From assembly GCA_963761085.1 (NCBI GenBank), contig CAVXFQ010000003.1, forward strand, positions 111,026-175,025: 64,000 nucleotides of DNA, written 5' to 3'. Both the position numbers and the translations under genes were made by a program. This DNA comes from an uncultured Actinomycetota bacterium. GTDB lineage: Bacteria; Actinomycetota; Actinomycetes; Propionibacteriales; Nocardioidaceae. Shown one piece after another: positions 56,688-64,000 of this stretch. The notes beneath the pieces were generated by a model. The model was not told the origin of the DNA. It was given only the letters and a program-made list of their open reading frames with translations, and did no database searches. How positions within the stretch are numbered: the first letter of the stretch is position 1; each line of letters starts with the position of its first letter.

Positions 56688-57665
56688 TCAGTGCGTGGCC
56701 ACTAGGTCAAGCATCGCCAGCGACCAGCGGTGGACTTGGTCGAGCCGGGCGGCGAACGCAGGATTGACCTGGGCCGTGCCGGTGTACCAGAGGTCGAACG
56801 CGACTTGTCGCAGCGCGATGAAGTCGTCCAGGTGGGTGACGTCGATCTCCCGACGCGATCGATAGCCCTCCAGCAGCGCGTCTCTGTACGCCGGGTAGTC
56901 GGGTCGGTCCCGCAGCTCCCAGAGGGCGACGGCGAGCTCGTAGAGCCGGGGACCGGTGCCGCAGTCGTCGAAGTCGATGAGCTTGACGTCCCCGCCCTGG
57001 AAGATCGCGTTGCCGAGGTGCAGGTCGGCGTGGATGAGCCCGTCACCATCGACTCGCGGCATGACGTCAGCCATTCGTGCGGCCACCGCACGGAAGCCGG
57101 CATGCACCTCCACGGGCAAGAGGGTCCAGCACTCAGCCGCGGGTGTCTCGCCGTAGATCATGACGTCCCCGAAGAAGGTCTGGTGGTCCCAGCGGATCCG
57201 CACGAAGTCCGGAGGCGGCGTCCACGCGTCGGCCTGGTCGTGCAGGCGCCCCATCGCCTCGCCAAGACGAAGCAGGTGCAGCGGACGGGCCGACTCCTCA
57301 TAGATGCGTCCGTCCATCCAGCGCAGCACCGAACAGATCCGGGTCTCCCCGGCGGCGGTTGCCTCGACGGTGGGTTCGCCGTCCCGGGTCGCGACCGCCA
57401 CGGGAACGGCCAACTCGATGTCGTTCCGGATAGCCTGTAGCCAGGCGATCTCAGAACGGACTGCCTCCGTCGTGTCGACCCCACGACCATGCCGTTGGAG
57501 TCGATGGACGCGCACGAGGTGGCTGCCGTCGGGACCGTCGTGCCGGTAGGTGGTGTTCTCCTCATGGGCAATCAAGGTGAGGCGACCGGCAGCAATCGGA
57601 TATCGGCTCAGCGCGGCCTCAGCCACCTGGCGGAGCCGGGCCAGCTGCGCGCGTCGGGTCAGCAT
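56688..57665 (-). CDS. APH-family / type II homoserine kinase-like phosphotransferase
   Basis: ENTTY, SEIAWL, IHADLHLGN, IDFDDCG. Confidence 0.88.
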   Translation of the reverse strand: MLTRRAQLARLRQVAEAALSRYPIAAGRLTLIAHEENTTYRHDGPDGSHLVRVHRLQRHGRGVDTTEAVRSEIAWLQAIRNDIELAVPVAVATRDGEPTVEATAAGETRICSVLRWMDGRIYEESARPLHLLRLGEAMGRLHDQADAWTPPPDFVRIRWDHQTFFGDVMIYGETPAAECWTLLPVEVHAGFRAVAARMADVMPRVDGDGLIHADLHLGNAIFQGGDVKLIDFDDCGTGPRLYELAVALWELRDRPDYPAYRDALLEGYRSRREIDVTHLDDFIALRQVAFDLWYTGTAQVNPAFAARLDQVHRWSLAMLDLVATH

Positions 57666-57807
57666 CTTGCAACTGTGGATCCGTGCGGGGGCGCCCACAA
57701 CCGCTTATTGCAGTGGGCGTCACGCGCCGCCGTGGGGGGCGCCGCCTGCGCGGCGAAGCGACGCACGCCAGCATGGTGGTAACTGCGGGGCCGCGGGCGG
57801 CCGCTCG

Positions 57808-58272
57808 TCACAGGGCCTTGATGAGGATCAGCATGGGGTTGTCCTCGGGCCAGACGTCGAACATCTCTTCCAGGGCGACGAACCCACGCGCTGCGTAGAA
57901 ACGGCGGGTCCGTTCGTACTCGGCGTCCGGGCGACTCGGTCCCAGTGTCTTGACCTGGAGAAAACGCACGTGATCAGCCCGGAGCTCCTCCTCAGCGCGT
58001 TCCAGAAGTGCGGTGCCGATGCCACGTCGGTGCAGGGCGGGGTCCACAGCCATCAGGTGCACCTCGGCGGCGGCCTGGAAGTGCCGGGTCCACAACAGGG
58101 CACCGACCACGGCGCCGTCCTGCTGGGCGAGCACCGTCGGCAGCGTGCGTGCTGCCTCGATGTAGGCCGCCGTCGCCTCAACGATCCCGAACCATTCGGG
58201 CAACCCATGCAGGAGTGCCGCGACCGCGTCCGGATCGCATCTTCCGACCTCTAGCGTCACCCCAGTGTCCAC
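57808..58272 (-). CDS. GNAT acetyltransferase
   Basis: LPEWFGI, MAVDPALHRRGIG, QVKTLGPS, TRRFY. Confidence 0.88.
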   Translation of the reverse strand: MDTGVTLEVGRCDPDAVAALLHGLPEWFGIVEATAAYIEAARTLPTVLAQQDGAVVGALLWTRHFQAAAEVHLMAVDPALHRRGIGTALLERAEEELRADHVRFLQVKTLGPSRPDAEYERTRRFYAARGFVALEEMFDVWPEDNPMLILIKAL

Positions 58273-58465
58273 ACATAAAGGGTGACAGGTGGGTGAGTCG
58301 CCTCGTGTCGGCAGTCTCGGGCGCTGATTGCCCAGCTGATCGGCAAGCTTGGTTTCGACGCCTTGGCTGATGCGGCCCCGGGTTCAGGGTCCGGTCTGAC
58401 CGCGGCTGAGGCTGGCCGGCGTGGCGCGATGACGCGGCACTACGGCAACACGTCCGGGCTGGCGG

Positions 58466-58900
58466 GTGATCACTGATGGCCCGCAGGTCCGGGGTGCGCT
58501 CTGGTCGAGCGTTCCCCGGTCTCGCGCTGGCCTGGCCGACAGGCTGCGCTACCTCGACGGGGCGTTCTGTCTCGAGCCGCTCGGGGAGCCGTGTGTGCTG
58601 TGTGCGCGGGTCGCTGAGCTTGAGTCGGGGCAACCCGTTGTGGTGAGCGGGGATCAGGTGTGGCGAGCCCTGTTCAATCCTGCCGCGCCGAAGGCGTATT
58701 GGGCAGTTCATGCACGACCCGACCCGCTACAACCTCACGGGCGATCGACTCGCCCCGCTCCAGGAAGGCCCGACCAATGCAGCCTGACTACATCTCTCGC
58801 AGCTCGGGGGGATATGGGCGTTATGACGATGTGGACGCCTGGAGCGGCTCACGGGGTGGCGGCCCCACCCCCTTCTAGGCGCGCCCGGACAGCGGCGTGA
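58466..58900 (+). CDS. hypothetical protein or remnant
   Basis: ORF with C-x8-CxxC; poor codon bias. Confidence 0.3.
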   Translation: MITDGPQVRGALWSSVPRSRAGLADRLRYLDGAFCLEPLGEPCVLCARVAELESGQPVVVSGDQVWRALFNPAAPKAYWAVHARPDPLQPHGRSTRPAPGRPDQCSLTTSLAARGDMGVMTMWTPGAAHGVAAPPPSRRARTAA

Positions 58901-59038
58901 GAGTGCGTTGGCGCGGGATTTCCCGAGCCCGCCGGCGGCGGCTCGTCCCGTGGCCCCCGTGCTGGCCAGCCGAGAGAGGCAGCTCGAAACGTGACCCGGC
59001 CGGAGCCTGCCGCCCGCTTGCGGTCGGAGCCTGAGCCC

Positions 59039-59581
59039 CTACGGACCGAGCACCCTGTAGTGGAACACCGAGCCAGCAGGCACGGTCTGAGTGCTGCCAC
59101 CCGCGCAGACCATCGTGTTGAGGAGGGCTCCCCCTTGCGACGTCGCGCTAACCACGGTCGGGAGCAGCACGCCCGCGTTGTCCAACACCGGCCCACCGAG
59201 CGCTGTGGTGAGGGACGTGACGACCAGTGAACCGACCAACCCGTGAGGTGCCGGGTTCTCCAGACGCAGATAGACCAGCCTGCACTGGTTGGCTGGAATC
59301 GACAGGTCTGAGCTGGTGACGCTCTTCCCGCCGCCCACAACGCCACCCAGGTCACGCAGCCGAAGGCTGTGGTCGGACACCTTGCCCGCGTTCACCGCGC
59401 CGTTGGCGAGCTTAGGACGCGTGACCGCGCCCGTCGCGATGTTCCTGGTGTGCACCACGCCGGTGCCTAGCCGGACTGCGGCATAGGCGCCGGTGCTCAT
59501 CGCCATGACCAGCGCCAAAAGCGCGATCACATACGCGCCGATCACGCCCCGCGAGGACCTGCTCTGTGCCTGTGAAGACAT
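59039..59581 (-). CDS. secreted hypothetical protein with short fibre-like repeats
   Basis: GGGAGG RBS; signal peptide (STGAYA); IATGAVT/LANGAVN repeats. Confidence 0.7.
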   Translation of the reverse strand: MSSQAQSRSSRGVIGAYVIALLALVMAMSTGAYAAVRLGTGVVHTRNIATGAVTRPKLANGAVNAGKVSDHSLRLRDLGGVVGGGKSVTSSDLSIPANQCRLVYLRLENPAPHGLVGSLVVTSLTTALGGPVLDNAGVLLPTVVSATSQGGALLNTMVCAGGSTQTVPAGSVFHYRVLGP

Positions 59582-59691
59582 CTCGCCCTCCCTCTCCCGC
59601 CGCGAACGAATGCCCGGAGGCTAGAGGCCCCATGGGTCGTGGTGCAAGGCAAGTCCCGTCGGCCAGAGCGGCATGAACGGCATGAACGGCA

Positions 59692-59723
59692 CGCTATGCC
59701 GTACTGATAGCGGCATGAGTGCG
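59692..59723 (+). repeat. short palindromic REP-like repeat, copy 1
   Basis: cgctatgccgtactgatagcggcatgagtgcg. Confidence 0.65.
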
Positions 59724-59751
59724 TCTTGGGTGCGGCCTACTCACCCTCGGG

Positions 59752-60210
59752 CTACGGCCGGTGAACCCTCCAGCCCAGCCGGCGGGCCGCCCAGCGGGCG
59801 CGCTCGCAGAACGGGGCCGACGCGCCTTCCCTCCATCGGTTGTTGATGTCATGGCGCATTGGGATCACTAAGCCGGGCCCGGACCAGGCGAAGCAGAACT
59901 TGCCCTCGTCGCGGCGGAACGACCGCGCCCGAGCGAACGGCGTGTGGACGACCGCGACCCAACGCACACCGTGACTGGCGCGGGTCCGCACCAGTTCGGC
60001 GTGGCAGGAGCGAGGACACGCGTTCATGACGAAGCCATGGCGCGGATTGGCGTGGAGCCTGTCGGCGATACGCGCCGTGACGTTGTCGCCGTAGGGCTTC
60101 GTGCCGTCCGCGTGGGCGGGCGCCGCCAGCAGGACAACGAGTGAGGCCAGCGCCGCGATAGCTTGGAACCGATGAGCACCGCGATGGTCAAGAGAATGTA
60201 GAAGGCCCAT
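59752..60210 (-). CDS. secreted hypothetical protein
   Basis: GGGAG RBS; signal peptide ending AHA; four Cys. Confidence 0.55.
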   Translation of the reverse strand: MGLLHSLDHRGAHRFQAIAALASLVVLLAAPAHADGTKPYGDNVTARIADRLHANPRHGFVMNACPRSCHAELVRTRASHGVRWVAVVHTPFARARSFRRDEGKFCFAWSGPGLVIPMRHDINNRWREGASAPFCERARWAARRLGWRVHRP

Positions 60211-60341
60211 GGCTCCCCCTGGACGACGAGTTCCTCGGAGATCCTCAGGGGTTGTGCCTATCGTGTGCCAGCACGGATGGTCCTGTCTGTCGGCCAGCAA
60301 ACACGGCCGTGGCGCAACGTCCTCGGCGCCGTGGGAGTGCT

Positions 60342-60375
60342 CGCTATGCCGTCCTGACAGCGGCATGTGAGTGCG
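60342..60375 (+). repeat. short palindromic REP-like repeat, copy 2
   Basis: cgctatgccgtcctgacagcggcatgtgagtgcg. Confidence 0.7.
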
Positions 60376-60526
60376 CTGACAACGGACCTGAGGGTTGGAG
60401 GCTCCCGTCGGTGAGGGACCTTCGGCCCTGACGATGGCAGGTCACGGGCTTCTACGGTCCGGGGGTGCGGGTCTCCTCGTCGCGAACGTCGGCGACCCCG
60501 TCTACACCCAGCCGATGGAGGCTTGC

Positions 60527-60967
60527 ATGAGTGTGACCCTGAAACCTGACCAGATCGGTCCGGTAGATGTCGCCGTGATCGCGTTCGTGGGCAACCAGTT
60601 CAACGGAGACGTTGCGCCGGCATTGCAGGAGTTGAACCAGAGCGGAGTCGTCCGCATCGTCGACCTGGCGTTCGTCCTCAAGGACGAAGACGGCACCGTA
60701 TCGTCCGTCGAGGTCGAGGACGCCGAGCTCGCAGATGTGTTCAGCAGCGTCTACGGCGACCAGTTCGACCTGCTCAGCGACGACGACCTGGCAGTGATCG
60801 GCCACCAGTTGGATCCCAACACGTCAGCGTTGGTGGTCGTATGGGAGAACAGTTGGGCTGCCCGCTTGGCCGCGGCCATCCGCGACTCGCACGGCACCCT
60901 GATCGAGCAGGAGCGCATTCCGCGCGAGACCGTGCTGCGCGCCATCGCAGCCCTGGACGAGGAGTAG
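60527..60967 (+). CDS. DUF6325 family protein
   Basis: GPVDVAVIAF.GN.F.G, RIVDL.FV.KD.DG, VWEN.WA. Confidence 0.85.
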   Translation: MSVTLKPDQIGPVDVAVIAFVGNQFNGDVAPALQELNQSGVVRIVDLAFVLKDEDGTVSSVEVEDAELADVFSSVYGDQFDLLSDDDLAVIGHQLDPNTSALVVVWENSWAARLAAAIRDSHGTLIEQERIPRETVLRAIAALDEE

Positions 60968-60969
60968 AC

Positions 60970-61311
60970 ATGCCCAGACGTGGGGGACGACCCGGCCTGA
61001 TGGGCACCATGGCCCGGACAGCGGTGATTGCCGGGACAGCGACTGCGGTCTCCGGGAGCGTGAGCCGCAAGGGCCAGCAGAAGGCAGCCGCGCAGCAGCA
61101 ACAGGCTGCCGCCCAGCAACAGGCCATGACCGACCAGGCAGCCGCTCAGGCCGCCGCGCAGGTTCAGGCACAGCAGGCCGCCGCAGCCCCGCCCGCCCCC
61201 AGCACTGACGACAAAATCGCCAAGATCAAGGAGTTGGGCGCACTGAAGGAGGCGGGACTGCTCACCGATGAGGAGTTCGCCGCCGAGAAGGCGAAGGTCC
61301 TCGCCTCATAA
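60970..61311 (+). CDS. SHOCT domain protein
   Basis: ARTAVIAGTATAV; C-terminal LGALKEAGLLTDEEFAAEKAKVL. Confidence 0.9.
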   Translation: MPRRGGRPGLMGTMARTAVIAGTATAVSGSVSRKGQQKAAAQQQQAAAQQQAMTDQAAAQAAAQVQAQQAAAAPPAPSTDDKIAKIKELGALKEAGLLTDEEFAAEKAKVLAS

Positions 61312-61416
61312 CGCCCCGAGGCAACGGGCGTCGTGCGCACCTCGGACGAGCGTGTCCACTTCGGTGCGCACGCCTGCCCATTCCCCCGAACCAGACATGA
61401 AAAGGTGGGTCCCCCC

Positions 61417-62142
61417 ATGCACCCCATGCCCCAACGCATCGCCGCCGAGTTCTTCGGCACGTTCTGGCTGGTCTTCGGCGGCTGCGGCGCAGCCGTCATC
61501 GCCGGACAGGCGATCGGCAACTACGGCATCGCCCTGGCCTTCGGCCTGACCGTGCTCACCATGGCCTACGCGGTCGGCCACATCTCGGGCGGACACTTCA
61601 ACCCCGCGATCACCGTCGGCCTGGCCATGGGCAAGCGCTTCGACTGGAAGGACGTGCCCACCTACGTCATCACTCAGGTCGTCGCAGCGATCGTCGCCGC
61701 CACCAGCCTGTGGGTGATCGCCCACGGCACCTCCGGCTTCAGCTCCAAGGCCAGCGGCTTCGCCACCAACGGCTACGGCGACCGGTCCCCGGGCCACTAC
61801 GCCTGGTGGGCGGTGTTCCTCGCCGAGGTGCTGCTGATGGCGTTCTTCGTGCTGGTGATCATGGGCGTCACCGACACCCGCGCCCCCAAGGGCTTCGCAC
61901 CGCTTGCCATCGGCCTGGTGCTCACCCTGATCCACCTGATCAGCATCCCGATCGACAACACCTCGGTGAACCCGGCCCGCTCGATCGGCCCCGCGCTGTT
62001 CGCCGGCGGCGACGCGATCATCCAGCTCTGGCTGTTCATCCTGGCCCCGCTCATCGGTGGCCTGATCGCTGGCGCGGTCTACGCCGTGCTCCTCGGGACC
62101 GGCGAGGAGGCAGTGCCGCTCGAGGTCGCCGTCGAGGGCTGA
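61417..62142 (+). CDS. aqpZ: aquaporin Z
   Basis: [41 protein letters not shown]. Confidence 0.95.
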   Translation: MHPMPQRIAAEFFGTFWLVFGGCGAAVIAGQAIGNYGIALAFGLTVLTMAYAVGHISGGHFNPAITVGLAMGKRFDWKDVPTYVITQVVAAIVAATSLWVIAHGTSGFSSKASGFATNGYGDRSPGHYAWWAVFLAEVLLMAFFVLVIMGVTDTRAPKGFAPLAIGLVLTLIHLISIPIDNTSVNPARSIGPALFAGGDAIIQLWLFILAPLIGGLIAGAVYAVLLGTGEEAVPLEVAVEG

Positions 62143-62183
62143 CCGCTCTCGAGCCCCCGTGCTGCGAGGTGATGCCCGCTTGA

Positions 62184-62226
62184 GCACTCACATCGGCTGT
62201 GCACCGGACAGCGGCATGTGAGTGCG
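62184..62226 (+). repeat. short palindromic REP-like repeat, copy 3
   Basis: gcactcacat...gacagcggcatgtgagtgcg; last 20 nt identical to 60356-60375. Confidence 0.7.
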
Positions 62227-62503
62227 CCCGTCCGGCATGATGCCATCCGTGAACAGAGCTCAATTCCTGGTCGTCTGGGCACTCGTAGACGTGGCCGTTG
62301 TTGTCTTCGCTCTCTTCATGGCTCGGTCCGGGTTGAAGGGGTTCGATGGTGCAGCCGTAACTCGCACGCGGACCGGTGAAAGTCAGGACGACGCCGAGGC
62401 GCGGGTCGAACGACTCACGTGGCGAATCGTCGTGCTGGTTGTGGCGCTAACGGGGCTCCTTTGCTACGCCTTCATCGTGTGGCAGGCGGCCTTGTTGTAC
62501 TGA
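62222..62503 (+). CDS. small membrane protein
   Basis: two hydrophobic helices; start uncertain. Confidence 0.55.
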   Translation: MRPSGMMPSVNRAQFLVVWALVDVAVVVFALFMARSGLKGFDGAAVTRTRTGESQDDAEARVERLTWRIVVLVVALTGLLCYAFIVWQAALLY

Positions 62504-62625
62504 CCGAAGGACCAGGGCTCCCATCGGCATCGCGAGCGCGGACGGCGGCTATGAGCGGTCGCTCGGTGTGCTCGACCGTTGGGAGTGCCATGCAGCGGAT
62601 AGTGAGTGCCCTTTGGGGGATCAGG

Positions 62626-63513
62626 TCACAAGGGACGCCATGCGAGGTAGATGCCTGGCATGACGCCATGGGGGGACCCGAGCATCTTGGTGCCGCGCCC
62701 GTCGAGCCTCACGGTGAGGAGCGCATCGTCGGAGTTGCTGATGTAGGCGATGCGTGAGCCGTCAGGAGCCCAGCTCAGGCAATTGACGTGGGCCTTGATG
62801 CCGAGGCTGTGTTTATGGCTGCCGTTGGCTCGCATGATCGAGATGTGCTCACTCGTGTTGACGTAGGCCACTCGTCCGCCGTGAGGAGCCCAATCTGGTC
62901 CAAACCCGAAAGTGCCGAGGCTGTGTCGATGGGTGCCGTCTGGTCGGATCGTGAACAGCTTGCCCACTGAGGAAGAGGCAACAAGTTGGCCGCGGGCGGA
63001 CCAGTCGAGGCCATAGAAACTCGAGTATCGGCTCTGGGTGTGGAGGATGCGCCTCAGGTGCGTGCCATTGCGGTGAATCGTGTAGATGTTGCCGTAGTGC
63101 GTGAACGCGAGGCGGCGCCCTGTCGGGGACCACGCCGGGTTATCCACAGAATCGTGTGCACTGCCGAATACTGTGCGGCGATGTGACCCGTTGGCGCGCG
63201 AAATCATGAGTCGATGGCCGCTCTTGTTGCTTCCCCAGGCGAGCCAGTGCCCATCTGGAGACCAGTCCGGACCACTCTGGTACGACTGTTCGGCGGAACC
63301 ATAGTCCAGCACCTGCAACAACGCCCGGGCCCGCGGGCCGGTCCTTACGATGGCATCTGCGTCCATGCCCTTATAGCCGAATTCGGCTTGGAAAGCAAAG
63401 CCGCCATTCCTCCCTGATGACGACGCTCCTGCTGGGGCGGCCAGCGTCAGGGGCAGCGTCAGCGCCACCCCGCACGTCCACAGGCCACCCCACCTGCGTG
63501 CTGCACTGCTCAT
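62626..63513 (-). CDS. secreted TolB-like PD40/WD40 beta-propeller protein
   Basis: GAGGGG RBS; signal peptide; WSPDG, WSPTG and WAPDG repeats. Confidence 0.85.
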   Translation of the reverse strand: MSSAARRWGGLWTCGVALTLPLTLAAPAGASSSGRNGGFAFQAEFGYKGMDADAIVRTGPRARALLQVLDYGSAEQSYQSGPDWSPDGHWLAWGSNKSGHRLMISRANGSHRRTVFGSAHDSVDNPAWSPTGRRLAFTHYGNIYTIHRNGTHLRRILHTQSRYSSFYGLDWSARGQLVASSSVGKLFTIRPDGTHRHSLGTFGFGPDWAPHGGRVAYVNTSEHISIMRANGSHKHSLGIKAHVNCLSWAPDGSRIAYISNSDDALLTVRLDGRGTKMLGSPHGVMPGIYLAWRPL

Positions 63514-63700
63514 CGCGATCCCCTCCTCACTCCAGGGCGCGCGGCACGCTCAAGGGTCCCGCGCGCTCCGTCAGCCGTGTCAGAGGAAAATGTCCCGCTG
63601 GCTTGGGCCCCCGGTCCCCGAAACCGCGGTCACATTGACCAACGTATTCCCGGCGGCGCGAGTCACACGCCAGAACTTCGAGTACCGCAATGATGGCGAC

Positions 63701-64000
63701 GTGTCCTACGCCGCGCTCGCGATCTCAATCATGGCCCTCATATTCACTGTGGGGTCGTTTTGGTGGCTGAACGCTCGCCGCGGAGCCCTACGCACCTATG
63801 AGCCGACCACGTGGGCGGCGCACGTCGGCCAGGACAACTCCCGACTCCGGCTGCCGCTCGTATTGCACAACACCGGCGCCGCGGCGCTTGTGGTGATCGG
63901 CCTGCGGCTGCGTTTCACGGAGGGCGGAGAGTTGATGCCGTGGGAGTGGACCCGCACGCAGGTCAATCCGAAGGACAACGACATAAAGGATGTGACCGCG
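63701..64000 (+). CDS. hypothetical membrane-anchored protein, runs off the window
   Basis: hand translation MSYAALAISIMALIFTVGSFWWLNARRG...LRLPLVLHNTGA, open to the window end. Confidence 0.6.
   Translation, partial: MSYAALAISIMALIFTVGSFWWLNARRGALRTYEPTTWAAHVGQDNSRLRLPLVLHNTGAAALVVIGLRLRFTEGGELMPWEWTRTQVNPKDNDIKDVTA

Larger units (their letters stand above)
47580..64000. mobile_element. integrative genomic island, right end outside the window
   Basis: att fragment, integrase and TA pair, followed by unrelated cargo with visibly more A/T at third codon positions. Confidence 0.6.

Noticed and set aside
59669-62226. CRISPR array or integron
   Set aside because: Spacing is 0.6-1.8 kb, with no cas genes, no attC RYYYAAC/GTTRRRY ends and no IntI.
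63140-63148. Perfect DnaA box TTATCCACA
   Set aside because: Single copy inside a CDS with no origin context.

Overview
High-GC actinobacterial chromosome segment. Gene content and order resemble Nocardioidaceae (inference). Many single-base frameshifts, including in recA, glyA and lhr, are best read as long-read assembly indels. The window has four blocks. (1) 1-21.3 kb is a DNA-damage region: nei, lhr, a DUF222/HNH gene, an ABC-2 exporter and an overlapping recA-recX-ppk2-HipA-like kinase-DUF3037 run. Two LexA boxes, three exact PafBC (RecA-NDp) promoter motifs and one near match are visible. (2) 21.3-31 kb holds sulfate assimilation genes (sirA, Zn-finger, cysH, chelatase) with an unannotated RRHVD leader peptide, plus glyA, aidB, yihY and a K+ channel. 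(3) 31-47.5 kb is a self-contained cluster: peptide ABC importer, S9 peptidase/beta-lactamase-fold fusion, M20 hydrolase, GNAT, N-succinylamino acid racemase (NSAR/OSBS), PucR-type regulator and a second beta-lactamase-fold hydrolase. It looks like a D-amino-acid-peptide salvage pathway and is flanked by related hairpin elements with C6 loops. (4) From 47.58 kb is an integrative island starting at a displaced tRNA-Val 3' fragment, with a degenerate L5-like integrase, MntA/HepT, a TPR-SEC-C/pRiA4b-ORF3 pair and cargo genes separated by short palindromic repeats. No CRISPR array, rRNA or intact tRNA was found. All family calls come from motif recognition, not database searches.
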